Of a stretch of DNA of 64,000 nucleotides, positions 37,660 through 51,725 are shown one piece after another. Each line of letters starts with the position of its first letter. The stretch's first letter is position 1. Position numbers and translations under genes: made by a program. Location: the NCBI RefSeq assembly GCF_000143415.4, contig NW_003314276.1, positions 1,724,107 through 1,788,106 on the forward strand. The letters run 5' to 3'. The notes under the pieces are model-generated. The model was not told the DNA's origin and ran no database searches. It saw only the letters and a program-made list of their open reading frames with translations. Source of the DNA: Selaginella moellendorffii. Lineage: Eukaryota > Plantae > Lycopodiophyta.

Positions 37660-40210
37660 GATAATCCAACACCACCTACATCACAATCCCGTCTCTCAAA
37701 GACTAGCCATCCGTCCATGAGTACTCACCCCATATCCACTCTTTAGCATCCTTAAAATGCCCACAAATATGGGGAACAACCTTCCCCAATATCCCTTTTC
37801 AGTCCCCACCAAGTCCTTTTCTGTCGATGGCTGCGTTCATCAACATTGCCATTGGGTTAAGGCCCATAGACCTAACTACTATATCCCACTGTCCTCTAGA
37901 ATTTCCTCACTATGTGACCGTATCCTTGGTCATTACACCAAAGGATTGCTCCTTTTCCTTTCTACAATCAAGAGCTTTCAAACAACATTTTGGAACACCG
38001 TAGCCCTATGTGAGCTTCATGGGTACTTTCCCCACCTTTCGCCTTTGGGTGCTCTAGCCATGGGGCTAGAGCGAGGTTTCGTTGAGCCATGCCAAATATC
38101 CAAATAGTGCCACCGATGCTTGGATTGGGAGTATCGACCATTCAATCTCATGGGGGAGCTAAAGCCAAATTTTGAACACTTCACCAATCTACCCTACTTG
38201 TCTATCCATATTCACTCTAGCTTTGGACTCTTTAGTGGATATATCATCACCTAATATATGGGTATAGCCTTCTTGAATCACATTGGCATTTCCTAGCTAA
38301 ATTAGCTCTACTGGGGTCCAACCCCCACACTCTCCCTACTATACTTTTGGAACCCCTTGCAACCCCCTCCCCCCCGGGGACGATCGCTTTGGGCCTTCAC
38401 CTAATAGCCTATATTAGTATTCAAACTCGGACTCAGATCGGACTCGGTCTCAGTTCGGACTCAGACTTGGTATTGGTCTTGGTCTCAGTCTCGGTCTCGG
38501 TTCCATCTTGGGTTCCATCTCGGACTCCATCTTAGACTCCATCTTAGAATCCATCTCAAATCCATCTCGAACTTCATCTTGGGTCCATCTCGGATTTCAT
38601 CTCAGATCCATCTCGTTTCATGTTAAAGATAGAAAACATAACTTTGCTCAAGAATAAATAAAGTTTCTCGGGCATATGGTAGGCAAGGATGGGCTCAAGG
38701 TGGACCTTAAGAAGGTCCAAGTGATCCAAGAATGGGAGTAATCATCAAATATATATAAGTTAAGGGCATTCTTGGGGCTATATAACTACTATTGAAAGTT
38801 TATTAAACACTATTCAAGAGTAACCCACTATAACTATTAAGTCGGGTGAAATCTAAAATGAGGTGCGTGATCAAGATCCTAGCTCAAAGTTACTCATTAC
38901 ACTAGCAATTTTGATTGAAAGTCATTCACAATATCTACTAACCCTCTAAGGGAAGTTCGAAGGTAACTTTGTTAAGATTTTTATTGACATGGGTGCTTCA
39001 GATAATTTTGTGGCTGCAGACATAATCTAGTAAGCCGAATTAATGATATAGTGGTTAGGTGAACCAAGAACTATAAAGTTTATTCAAGATAGCTAAAGCA
39101 CTAATGAGTTTTGAAAACATCTTTCTCAGTGTTTGGCATACTCCTCTAGTTTCTCACTATAGATCAAGATATTGTTAATATAGATGACCATGAAATGATT
39201 CAGATAGGGTATAAAAATATGGTTCATCAACACTAAAAATGTTGCCAACACATTGCATAACCCAAAGGGTATCACTAAAAATTTAAAACTCCCATACCTT
39301 CTCTGATAAATTGTCTTTTTAACATTTTTCTTTGCTATCCTAATCTAGTAGTATCTTAACCTTATGTCAATCCTCGATAAGTATTTTACCTTTCCCAACC
39401 TATTGAACAGGTCCTCAATCCTTAATAAAGGGTTTTTGTTTTTCTTTGTATACTTATTGAGCAACTAGTAATTTATGCACATACACATAAAGCCATTTTT
39501 CTTTTTCACAAATAACATCGGCAGCCCATACAACAACTTACTCAATTTAACATACACTTTATTCACCAACTCCTCAAATTAGTGTTTGAGATCTTTGAGT
39601 TCTTTTTTGTTCAATCGATAGGAGGGACAAACCACCACCTTAGCACCCTCGACCAGCTTGATTTTATGTTCTATCAGTCGTGCAGAGGGTAATTCTGCCA
39701 GTAACTCCTTTGGCATGGTATTTTGAAATTGATATAATACCCACTAGATCAGTAAAGGTACTTCTTTTGTTTCCATCTTTTTGTCACTACCCTACTATGA
39801 GTAAGCACAAAAATACTGCCCTTGTTCCTTTAATGAGTTGTCCTCTCGTGGATACTAGGTTCAAATAGCAATCATACATTACTTTACCTTTAGATCTTAG
39901 GCCTCCACCCTAGATAATTCTCCTTAAGCATTCGCTAATACCATCAAGTTCCTATTTTGTTCATGCAAGATTACCATAAACCGATTGAACCAATTCATCC
40001 TAAAGATCATGTCAAATCCTGCTATATTTAACATGGTGAAATCCATGTCTACTTTCTATGTCCCTACTTTGACTCTTGCTTGCAACCCCAATCTAACTCT
40101 CGCAACAAGGAGATTCTATGGATCCACCACTAAATGCACCACGTGCTCCCGATCAAGGGCTCTAAGACATCCAAGAATTTCACACAAACAATCTCAACCT
40201 CAACTAGAGC
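37660..40210. mobile_element. Scrambled Ty3/gypsy fragments related to element B
   Basis: LTR-type 12-bp array at 38424-38615. Plus-strand RT piece 38620-38830 (reverse complement of ~14360-14550). Protease IFIDMGASDNFV at ~38975. Minus-strand RT 39110-39870, colinear with ~14580-15330. Confidence 0.75.
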
Positions 40211-40399
40211 ATTTAGTCTTATAGTTATGCTTCTATAACTTAGCCATGTTATTTGAGTAAATTATATCTAGCAACTCTTAAGTTAAATAAGGTTTTCCTA
40301 ATTTGTAAAGACACTAAGGTCTTTTGTCACCCACTTGATGAAAGGATCACTCACACAAAAATGAAATCTCTTACCTTATATTTTTAGAATTAGCAACAT

Positions 40400-43300
40400 T
40401 CATCAATAAACTTCTTTGCCCTATTCTAAGCCATATGTAAATTTTGTTTGCACCATAGGGTCTCCATAGATGAAAGGTTGGTGTTGGGAAATGCCACAAG
40501 AATTGGCGAGAATGGATGGCTAGAACATTGCCACATTTGGAGAAACATGGGAACATTGATCTACTTGACTTCCTACGATCCTAGGTTATGCTTTATACTA
40601 TACTTGGAATGACATCCTATCTGCGTGGCCATGGTGGTGTGGTTATTTACATATGTGACAATCTTACCCCCTCATTCAAACTTTTGGAATCTGATACAGC
40701 CCACCACTACCTTGCCCTCCAGATCTAAGTCAAAGACAAAATGGAAATCATTGTAGCAATATGCTACTTCCCCCCTTGTATGGGTACTCACAAAGACTGA
40801 CCCATATGCCTCCCGGAAATATATCCTCAAATGTGGTGTTGCAGTTCATCTCAGGGATTTAATGTTCATATTGCCCGCTACCAATTGGCCTCTTGTTGCC
40901 TCACCCACCCATGACAATCAGAAGACATTATCCTCAATAGAGCTAGCAAACAATTCATACAACTTGCTGATGCTACTAGTCTACACTTTCCCAATGGTAC
41001 ACTAGAGTGGCAATCAACAATAGCCTTCACCTGTTATACACCTTGAGGCAATAGTGTCATAAACTACACACTCATCAACATGGAATTGGACCCTCATACC
41101 ACAGCATTTCATCTCTAGAGCTCTTCTAACCAATGGGTATTTGACTATCACCCTACCACCATGATCAAGGCTACCATCTTTGTCCCCATTGTTCCCCATT
41201 TACAAAATCACTAGTGAACGTGTTGCATTTTACCAACAAGGGGTGGCAAAATTGTGGAACTCTAATATTTTTTCTATACCACCTACCAAGCATGCTTTAT
41301 TGCTCTTTTCCATCATCACCATAGCTGCCTAATATACTTTCCCATAATGCAAGATAAATCACATTGGTAGGTTCCCAAGAGTTATTTGGTGGGATGATAA
41401 ATGTGGTCAACTTCATCAAATTAAACAATAAAAAGTCAAACAAAGTGCTCCTAATGCAGCAATCTTCCAGCAATATTTTCAATGACTATGTAAATGGAAA
41501 CAACACTAATCCTATATTCAGAAGAACTTAGAGAATGTACAGCAATTTCAAATGTCACCTCATAAAGCTTTCAAGATTCTCAAAAAGCTTGGAAATCCCA
41601 TCCTTCTTAACAGCACTAAGATTTGGGTGAACTATTTTAGACAGCTCTACACCTAACACATAAGAGACTCTACCACTTCCCAATCACAAGTTCCAATCCA
41701 ATTTAGTGAAGATGACATTCTCACTATGATAGATTGTCTTCACAAACAAAAAGCCCTAGATGCCTGGGGTCTCACAACTGAATTGCTCCAAGAATATGAC
41801 AAGAAGTTCTTAGCATGCATACTCTGCCCAATCTTTGAACAAGCAGCAAATGAAAATTTCCCTCAATAATGGACTCTAAACCATGTAAATCTGGAGATCC
41901 TATGGTCCAAGAAAATTATCAAACCATTATGGTGAGCTATCTTCTCCATATTCTAGGGCATCACCTTGTCTCTTGGAGTGAGACCAACTCAAAACAAGTT
42001 GCTGGCTTTCAACCTAAATTAGATCATCTCATCACACTGTGAACTGTGTATAAATGAATGATACACAAGAAGAAGAAATTGTTTTATTGCTTTATAGACT
42101 TTTGTAAAGCATTAAAGCATTTGACACAGTCCCATGAAAGGAACTTTTTCAGTGACTCTGAGAGCCACCAGAGTTGGTATAGGCCATTCAACAACTCCAT
42201 GCAACAATACTTGTAGAATATCCAAGAAGTCAACCAGTGGAATGCACAATAAGCAAGACTGTCCCTTATCCCCTATGTTGTTTAGATTGTACATTGATAC
42301 ATTGAAACACTTCTTCATGACGAAATTTTTTTTGACATTCTACCTCCTCCTATATGCAGGTGATTTGCTCCTGTTTTCCACAACTCGTCAAGGCCTCTAG
42401 CACCAGCTAGATTTTCTTGTGACCTTCTGCTACACTACTGGTTTATTTGTGAACCTTATGAAAATATAGATCATGGTATTTGGTCATCCACGACAACCAA
42501 GTGACAACAATGACCTCCATTACCAACACCACTTGCTGGTCAAAGTAGAAAATTACAAGTATTGGGTATATGGTCCACCACAAGAATCCCTAGAAGGCTA
42601 GGACAATAGAATGCATTCAAGGAGCCACAGGAGCATATTACTCACTCCAGAGTGATCTCAAGCAAGCTTTGGAGGAGGACAAGAGAGATCCTTGCTACTA
42701 CTGCTACCACTGCCGCTGGTGCTAGCATCTTTCTTTCAAGCGCATTGGCAGTGAAGCAAAGCAGTAAGGATTCTTGGTATTTTTTTATAGGATGCGAAGT
42801 GATCAATATCCTCACATATGCTAGGGAGGTTTGGGGTCTTGGACTACCACAAATGATATAGAGATAAATGGAACAACTTAACCGTTGGTTCCTGAATATT
42901 GAATTTGGCTGCAACAAAATAGCAATTGGGATCTTAATTATGGAATTTGGCTTGCTCTTGATGAACTCCAAGTATGGAAAAACACAATGCTACATCCTCA
43001 ACCTCATATGCACTATTCAAGATAAAATGGTCAAATATGTTGTCTCAGATTCTATCAACCTCATTAGAGATAGCAAAGGTTGGTGGCACAATCTTCGCTC
43101 TTGGACAAAAGATTTGGGCATGGATCTTGAGGCCCTCCTTCACGAAAATGCCACAACTGTCCCAGGCCATTGGCTTGAGTGAGCTTTCTAATAATGGTGG
43201 CTTCAAGGGGCTTAACATGATACAAGATTCCAACACTATCTATTAGCTATCAACCTGCAACAATTTATTGGTATTGCTATCGGGATGACACCACCGCAGA
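40400..43300 (+). mobile_element. Degenerate LINE (endonuclease plus reverse transcriptase)
   Basis: Remnant motifs GHGGVVIY, ICYFPP and GDFNV-like (endonuclease); ENYQTIMV, DHLITL, CFIDFCKA..FDTVP, KQDCPLSPMLF, LLYAGDLLLF (YADD equivalent) and ILTYAREVWG (RT and thumb). Many stops. Confidence 0.8.
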
Positions 43301-44149
43301 ATCCTGGCATGCTATTGAGTGGGACAACATTGCCTGCACTCAGAAGTTGGTAATTATGAGGGATGCAAGTTACCCTGGGAGGACTGGATCTGTTATTTAT
43401 GCGCTGAAGACATTGAAACTGTCCTACACTTCACTCTGCATTACACTGCATACAAACAACAATGGCACAAAGAACAATGTTGAAGAATGTCCCCAACTCC
43501 ACACCAGCAGTACATAGGATTGAAATAGCTGTTATTATTACTATTAGATAAAATGATGGTGAACGGTATTTCTTCACCACATAAATTAATTTATTTGTTT
43601 TTTCCTTCAGAATTGGAGCTATGAGCACAACAGAAACGTAACAGGACAAATTCGCATTGACAGGTTCAATGCTCCCAATTTGAATCGATTTTATTTCCTC
43701 CTGTCAACCAGAGCTGGGGCTTGGGTAAAAACCTAGTTTTTCAATGTCAATATATCAAAGGTCGGAAAGAACCACCTATTAAAAACTGCAAACACATCTT
43801 TGAGTGAGTTCCTTGGGTTCAGTTCAGACACTAAACGTGTTCATTTTGGACAGCTCCAGATCCTAAGCAGCTGAAATTTCTCTGTTTGCAAAGCTTTGGA
43901 AGCTTACGGCCCCTTTCTGTGAGTTATGCTCGATGATACAGGCTCGATACGCTAGGAACAAATCCACATTTCCGAGCAAAAGCAAATCAATCTGCCGGAT
44001 GGAGCGGACCAGATTCACATTGTCATCGACGACTTTCGCTCCACTATACGAAGGTTTATTATTTATATTTTTGCTTATCATCAAAAGATTCTATTGCCCT
44101 GACCATCTAGAGTTTTTCACCTCCTCGGCCTCCTCCTTCCTTCTCATGT

Positions 44150-44690
44150 CTACCAGATGCTGACAATACTTCTCTCCTCCGACCAAGCGGGCAGGAGCTT
44201 AAAGGGAGGTGCGTGCCGCTGGGGACCGCATTTCCAATCTGGAATAGGCAGAACATCGATCATATCTGCCTCGGACAGCCGACGGTGTACTTGGTTGAGC
44301 AAGTCCTCTCCTGGTACCAGCACCCTAAGAAAAGATGCGGGTTTCATTCGGTGGAGCCGCTTGAGCTCACTGTACATCGGCTGGGTTTATTGCGGAGGTG
44401 GAGCGAAGGGCCAGTCTTCTTTGGTAATGCAGTAGCTTGCCTGCCAAAAGAATGTTAGCAAGGCTATTGATCAAGAGATATGTCTTACCCAAGCATCGGC
44501 TTGCTGGTGCCTGGAATCCGACTATCAGCTTGGATGTCTCGAGGAGACACTTCTCCTCCGGGAAGAAGTCCGAGTCGGGCAGGCCCGTGGTCAGCAAGCG
44601 CTTGTCCATGTCCCGCACCACTTTCAGCATGTCTCTTCTATGCATGACTTCCCAAAGCCGCTCCACCTTGGCACAGCAGCATTCATTTTA
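44150..44690 (-). other. GC-balanced, coding-like segment of unknown function (two overlapping ORFs, probable pseudogene or exon)
   Basis: ORFs 44367-44666 and 44150-44377 overlap in different frames and have genic composition; no motif recognised. Confidence 0.3.
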
Positions 44691-45758
44691 GTGATTCAAC
44701 GCATGAGACCTAACCTTTCGTTCGCACCTTATTTCTAAATTCGGTGATTTTTAGGGTGACGCAGAGTTGTTGTCACTGCCTACTGAGATTTAAGGGGGAT
44801 AAAAACCAAGTTGCAAGTTTGCTTGAAGGAATAAATACCACGGGTCAAAGCTGGTACAAAGTGCAATTCAGGGAAAAACAAGGTGCAATTTCTACATCTG
44901 GGGATGCACAAATTGGTGGGGCAGAAGGTTTGGGTGCAAGATAAAGGAGCTGAAATTGCTATCATTGCAAAATACATGCTGTGTCAGCAAGGTTTTGAGC
45001 TTGGAGATGGTTCCGTGGCTTTTCAAAACAACCTTGTCAACCTACTGGGGTGACACGGATGACTGGAGAGATTGACGATGGGTTGACGCAATCATCTTCT
45101 TCCCACAAGTAGTGGACAAAAAAGCAATGGAGAAAGAGCCATAACTGCAATATGCATGGGCTGCCCTTCTCTGGAGGTTCAAAAAAAGGTGATGTGTGCT
45201 CAAAAGGTGGGGAGACCAGACCAAAATCATGGGATGCAGTTGTTTGTCCACTCAAATGCAAATATTTGCGATCCATCTCAGCTTTCCTGTCTAGTTCTGG
45301 TACTAAACCAGCTTAGAGGTTCCCAAGACACTTTGTAAATGGAATAAAGTAAAGAATATTCATAGCTGTCTCGCCACCAATCCAGAAGTATATACGTGTA
45401 AAACTACACCAATTTTTTGGTTTTTCGATCGCTCAAGTTCATCTTTCTCTACTTACAATGAGCACTGATTTGTTTAAACATGTTTTAATTCGGATACTAT
45501 CTGACAAAGATCCCATTCTGAGAGGTTTTAGGAAGCATTCTTTCAAATGTAGCACTTCTCATGGGTGGGTGCTTTCTTCTTTGAGGCTGGAGGATATTGG
45601 GTTGAGCTGAGCCAGCTGAATTTGATAACATCAGAGTTTTGTACAAGAGAATTAGCAGCAGCAACACAAGCTCTTGAAGCAGCCGCCAGCGTTTAATCTG
45701 TCAAAAATCTGATCCTCTGCTCCATGGAAGAAAAGCTGGAGCTTGTTTGCTGCTTGCT

Positions 45759-47270
45759 TCATACCTCGTCTTCACCACCAATGGAATCGCTGCGCCTGCT
45801 GCTGCTGCTGCTACTCCGGTGGATGATGTTGTACTTGCACAGGGGGCAAGTAGCGTTTATCCTCAGCCACTTGACAATGCACGAGCCATGGAAGTGGTGA
45901 TTGCAAGGCAACTCACGCAGCTCCGCGTCGTCTTCGTACGAAGACAGGCATATGCAGCACTCCTGAAACACAAACAAAACAGTCAATTCCACCAAACACA
46001 AAGAAGAAAGAAAAACCAAATTTTGCGAAAAGAAACAAGCGATTAGCAGCACACCAACCAGCCACTTACCGCATCCTCGGCAGAGAGCATGCGCTGAAAC
46101 AGAGATTCCGAAGAGCACATGACTCCACCAGCAGGCAGTGCTGCCTTGTCCTCTTCGTCTGGTTTGGTGCTACTGCAACTGGGATTTCTCACCCTCTTGA
46201 ACTTGAGGGTGGGCAATACGCTGATGTCCTCTTCGGAGGCACCCTCCTGCGTGTGAAGGAAATCCGTCAGCCTTTCGCTTGTACTCAACCAAGCAACTAA
46301 ACACACGTACCTGATCCACAACAGCGTAAAGGATGGCAATTATACACGGAAGGCAGCAGCAAACGGCAATGCCTATCATACAAGCCAGCGCGACGCAAAA
46401 CACCACGAAAAAGACGTCGAAGGCCAAGAACACGATGCACAGCCTGCAAGCAAAGTTAAACAAGAAGTGAGTAACGCTCGTCGAGCCATGGCACCTCACA
46501 AACAAAGGCATTGAATGGAATGCGAGCGAGGAAGGAGGAGTTAATTACCAATAAACTCGCGGGGAGCTCTGGACCAGAGCCTCGCTTCCGGCAGTAATCC
46601 AGTAGAATCCCACGACCCACCATACGAACGAAAACATGGTGTTTGCAGATTCCAGCCGTTTGGCCAAGCTGCAAAAAGGAAAAAAGGAAGAACCAGTTAA
46701 AAGACTGTGCTTTTCTTCATTGCTCAAATGCTAGCTAAAGAAGAAGAGGTACCTGATGTGATCGATCTCGTTGTCTTCCATGTCCTCCAATTCCATCCCA
46801 GCCCCGGAAGATCGCCTCCTTCGCCGCCTCCGGTACTCGCTCACAACGCACGACATGTGGAGTACACACTGTAGAGCGTATCCCAGCACCCAAATGCGAA
46901 GAGGAGTGCACGGCTGCTCGCTCTGGCTGATGACGAGCACCACTAGAGCCACCGTGACGAAGGCCAAATTCCAGATCAAATCCAGGACCACCACCGGCCG
47001 CGAGTAGGCCCAATCGCTCTGCCGCTCGTCAAGCTGCTCGACCGCTGTCTCGCGGACGAGAATGGACGATTCTCGCATCACCCTGCCACTCCCGGCGTGG
47101 CGGAAAAACCTCGCGGCTCCCTGTATCCTACCTCTACCGCTACTTCTCCTCCATTCTTCCTCGCCGGAGCCACTGCTGCTGGTGCCCGCCCCTAGAAGTG
47201 GAGACATATCTACAATCACGGCCGGCGTCGATCCAGGCGGAAAATGTAGCACGGAATCCCCGCTCTCCAT
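45759..47270 (-). CDS. Transmembrane RING-H2 E3 ubiquitin ligase (At1g12760/At1g63170-like)
   Basis: Exons 47270-46753, 46668-46549, 46443-46311, 46246-46070, 45962-45759. Motifs [35 protein letters not shown] and C-terminal [24 protein letters not shown]. Confidence 0.93.
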
Positions 47271-47599
47271 GATCCTTGTCGATCGATCGATCGATCGATA
47301 TTACGGCTTGTCCGAGCTACTGTACTCCCAGATGAGGCGACCGCGGCGAAGAACTGGGGGAATCGATCCCCAAGAACCGAATTGGCCAATCTTTGATCCC
47401 GATCTTACGAGCCAAGCCTGCGCGCACGCGAATTCCATCACTCGCGAGTCACATTTCCCGAATGAAACCGATCGATCGATCGACAGTGACCTCCACACGC
47501 CGCCAGCGTCCGCCTCCTGCCAAGAACAAAGCACTCACGCCGAAGTCCTCGTCGGGGAAGATGGAAAGCCCTAGGCTTTCTTAGAGCCACAAAGTCCGT

Positions 47600-47676
47600 C
47601 GTGGCCACGTCCAATGCCGCAAGGCCACGTCGGACGTGGGGCAAAGATGTAGCCGTTGGGAGTGTGCCACGTGGCG
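47600..47676. promoter_or_regulatory. Cluster of G-box/ACGT elements upstream of the RING gene
   Basis: GCCACGT (~47604), palindromic CCACGTCGGACGTGG (~47625-47639) and perfect GCCACGTGGC (47666-47675). Confidence 0.5.
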
Positions 47677-48703
47677 AGCAATTTCCTCATGCTAAACCGT
47701 ACACTCCATATCATAGCGGCATACTTTCTGGTTGCTTTCATGTCATTATGGCGAGGGTTCTTTCCAGGCCTGATTTTTCTTCCCATTTCTTAGGTCAGCT
47801 TTTGGGAGCTTTCTATAAAGATTATTTTTTGGGAGCTCATTTTTCTAAAGATATTGTAAAGGATTCTTAGTTCATCCAAATCTTGTTGAGTCTAAACAAT
47901 GCTCCAAGGATTTTTCCACAGATCCCAGGCAAAATGTCAAGAGACGTGGTATGACAATGTTGGCACACATAAATTACACTCGGGAACGGATGGAGGTCTC
48001 TTTCACATCCATCTTTGAAGTTTCTTAGAATGTTTGGTGGGAATGATAGGGATTGGGAACAACCAGCTGTGATGAATTCCTTTGAGAAATACAATTTGCC
48101 CCAAGTCATGACAATATTGTTAGGTTTGAGGTGCATGATTGAACACTTTCATATGCATTCCCCAAAGCAAAGCCCAGTTGCACCACTAGAAAACTTTTCC
48201 AAAAAAAAAATTCAGAAGCAGTTGCACCAGCCAGGAAGACATTTTTTTTTTGTTTTTCTGGTTTTGTTTTGTTTTTCTTTTCTATTTAACTGCCGGAGCG
48301 GCATGAAACATGAGAGTTGCTTCAGAATATGTACTGAGAAGTTTTCAGAAGATGCGCTTGTCTCACTCTAGGCTAGTTCTCAGTCAGACTGGAGGGTTCA
48401 CGAGTCTCGGAATCAAACTTTTCTCTGTGTGAACAGCACAACTTTGGTGGCAGCAAAAAGAAGCCAACTTTGAAAGCTTCGAAGCTTACTTTTAGACGAA
48501 GAGAGAAAGCTTCACTGAAGTTTCTAAAGAGCTGAAAATTATAATAGGAGAGAAACTTAAGCATACCTTATATTTACATGGAAGGATTATAATATGGAAA
48601 GAGTTGTCTACTGCTATCGCTAGGCTGCTCCACTACCGATTGTACAGGCACAAGAAAAGGAAAAAGCGTAAGAATTTGCGTAAGCCTACCTCCTACTCGG
48701 GAC

Positions 48704-50702
48704 TTATTCTCGTGGCCTGGCAGCCCACAATGAGCTCAGCGCTCTCAATCGTCCAAAGTAGTCTCCAATCGCTAGAAAGGCTCTCGCCGCTTGACGAGTC
48801 GTCAATATCCTGTGCATTTGCTGGAGCGTTTGATGCCGAAGGTTATCAGCCTGGTAGAAGGAAAGTTGAGACAACAATCGTGAAACCACAGATACATCAC
48901 ATCACCTGGCGAACAAAGTTCTCGAGCGTTCCCAGCTTTCCCATCGCCATCGCCATTTGTCCCATATAGTTGGCGACATTCGACGCAGCGCCCAAGGAGC
49001 CAGTCGCCAGGGTGTCCGCGAGTGACTGCTGCAGTGCCTCCATCCCCTGGGAGAGAGCATCCTCGGCCTGCTGCGACGACTGTTGTAGATTACAAATCCC
49101 CATGAGCTGCTGTTCTGTAAGGGGTTCAAGCTGAGGTATAAGTATCTGTGGTGTCACACAAAAACGTTAAGCACTTTCGGAAAAAACGAGGAAAAGAAAG
49201 ACACAGCAGCACCTTTAGAAGTTCTGAAGGCCGGAATCCACCCATCCACATGAAGCACCTCTCGGCAGGGGTCTTCCACATACCGGAGACTAGATGGAAG
49301 ACATCCGACTTCGCAGCAGCTGTTTTCAGCCGAAATATCTCGTCGTAGTGGGACATGGCGGCGTCAACCAGGACCCGCAACTCATCGTCCGAGACATGAG
49401 CTTGCAATGACGTTCGTAGTTCGGTCATTTGTCGCTGTTGCTCCTCCAGCCACCGCCCGTACTCCATGTCGAACGCAGCAGCACCTGCACTTCCAACTGG
49501 TCAGCGCTGGATTCCAAAACGGAAAAACAATAGAAACAGAAAAAACCACATGACTTTAACGCGTACCGCTGCTCGCCGCCGCATGACTCTGATCGTTTGA
49601 ATACCCTCCAAGATAGAATCCCTGCAAAAGGCCTCCGCATGGAATGTCTTTATGCTAAGCTTACGCAACGCGGACGTCAAGCCAAATGATAAGCGTACCT
49701 GTTGCCTGGCTCGTTGCAGCTCTTGCTCGAGTTGATTTAGCTTCACCCTGCTGGATTCCAGTTGCTGTACATAAGCCTTGAATTCACAGCCAGAGAAACC
49801 ATGCTTTGTCAGAGGCAAGGTGGAAAAGACGAGATGATATTTTCAGTCCTTCACCTTTTTCCTCAAGCGGCTTTTCCGTGCGGCCTCGCGGTTCTGTGCA
49901 AGACGTCGAAGTGTCTAAATCACCAGCACGAGAAACAATGACACGATCAAACCCTGAAGTTGCTGTTGCAGCGAAATGCAATGCCAGGCGTACCTTTGAG
50001 TCGAGGTTTTTGGTGGACGATGGAGTTAATGGTCCATCCTCGGACTGTAACGTACACACGAAAACAACGCACTCGTGAGACTCTCCAAGTGATACAACAT
50101 CGATTTCAGACTTTTTGATCGCCATCGTCGGTAGAATTTCCCTTCTGCGGACTGCTATCGGCCATGAGAGCGTCTTCCGATCGGTGCAAGTGCGAGGCCA
50201 CCGATGTAACCTGGGAAGACAAAATATCAAAACCACTCAGACAGACTTACGTGTTTGTTTCACCTTGCTTGAACAATCTACGACAGTGGTGATAAAAGCG
50301 GCTGACTGGTTCAAGACGGTGGAGTCTAGCGAGCAATAATTGATATGTAAGCGAAGACGGGAGGAAATATGAGAAGATTTTTGGTTTTTATGGAACCTCA
50401 CCTTGTTGACTCAAGGAGGCGGAATCATAAACTCCAGAGCCGATTTTGGAGTCCCTACAAATGGCGCCCCTGTTGGTTGGTTCCATCCGATTCCACACAC
50501 GAAAAAAACCAATCAATCAATCCAAAAGACCCAAGCTCTGCTTTGCTTACAGCAATTGCTCCATGTACTGTTGCTCCCCAGGAATCCAAAGTCAAGAACT
50601 TCGCAATTCCATGTCCTCCTGTGGAAAGCAATAAGACCCAGCACATTCTCGTTAAAGCTCCTCATGCCACCACTTCTTACCTTTGGAAGTTCTTGGTCTC
50701 AT
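48704..50702 (-). CDS. TGA: TGA-family bZIP transcription factor (bZIP plus DOG1 domain)
   Basis: Spliced motifs TLRRLAQNREAARKSRLRKK, AYVQQLESSRVKLNQLEQELQRARQQ, AFDMEYGRWLEEQ, WKTPAERCFMWMGGFRPSELLK, QSSQQAEDALSQGM, ADNLRHQTLQQMHRILTTRQAAR and LRALSSLWAARPRE*. The start codon (MRPRTSK at 50702) and 5' exons are uncertain. Confidence 0.92.
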
Positions 50703-51424
50703 AATTCTCGCGGCCCAGTGTTCTTCATCCCAGCTCCCTGCCGATGGGAGAAATCGCTAGCGACTGTAGAGCGGAGAGGAGAGAGTTGTAATCGCGAAGC
50801 ACTGTGTGATTAAATTACTTGACACCCTTTTGACTTCAAATCCCTCCCCCAAGCCATCACATTTGCTACCTCACGCTGACATCACGAGCTCCAGGCACAC
50901 AAAGTTTCCACGCACAGTCTCCGCGAGGAGCGGGCGAGAGAAGGATGAGCGAAACCTGATTGAGCGAATCCCGCGATGATCGACCGATGCGCCGTCTAGC
51001 GCCGCTGCTGCTGCCGACGACGAATTCAGCCGCTGCTTCCACTTGCGCGGCTTTGAAATCTTCGCGTGAACAGGCGCCTGGGCGTGGAAACCCTAGCTAC
51101 ACAAGAGATTCTTCGCCCTTGTCCTTGTCCGCCATAGCCACGAGAGAGAAGGAAGCTGAAACAATTTTCCTGATTGGTAATAAAAGTGGAGTAACTAATG
51201 CAATTATCTGCCTCCGTTTCTTACCTTTACTTGGGGCCCATACATGCCCGTGCCATGGCATACGCCGCGCATCCGGGCCGTCCATGCCACAGCGCTCGAG
51301 ATTGGTCGGCCGCGATGGCGGGAAAGACCCGATGGGCATGGTATGAAACGGCCATTCAACTGTAGTAGGAGGACCCTTCATGCACGTCGCAGGGACGAGG
51401 TCTCTGGCAAAGAGGATACGGCCG

Positions 51425-51505
51425 TGACGTCCCGTCAAACAGCACCACGGGACAACGCACGTCACATCATGACTGCGATTGCCAGCAGCACACACGCCAC
51501 GTGTC
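51425..51505. promoter_or_regulatory. TGACG motif cluster plus ABRE/G-box in the divergent TGA-urease promoter
   Basis: TGACG 51425-51429, CGTCA 51433-51437, CGTCA 51460-51464 and GCCACGTGTC 51496-51505. Confidence 0.5.
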
Positions 51506-51725
51506 CTATACTAGTTAGGTCAAACGCTTTTTCTAGGTGGAAGCGGGGTTAGGGCTAGCTAAAGAGGTCGGATATTCCTTCCTGCCAGAGGATATGCTTC
51601 CTGTTTTGAATTTTAGGTTAAAACTTCTGGATGATTGAAGCACAATAGTTTTTTAACCATATTCATGGTTTGACTTATTGGATAGAAAATCCTAGTTTAG
51701 GTCTCGAGTGTGAAGAGTGGAAAAA

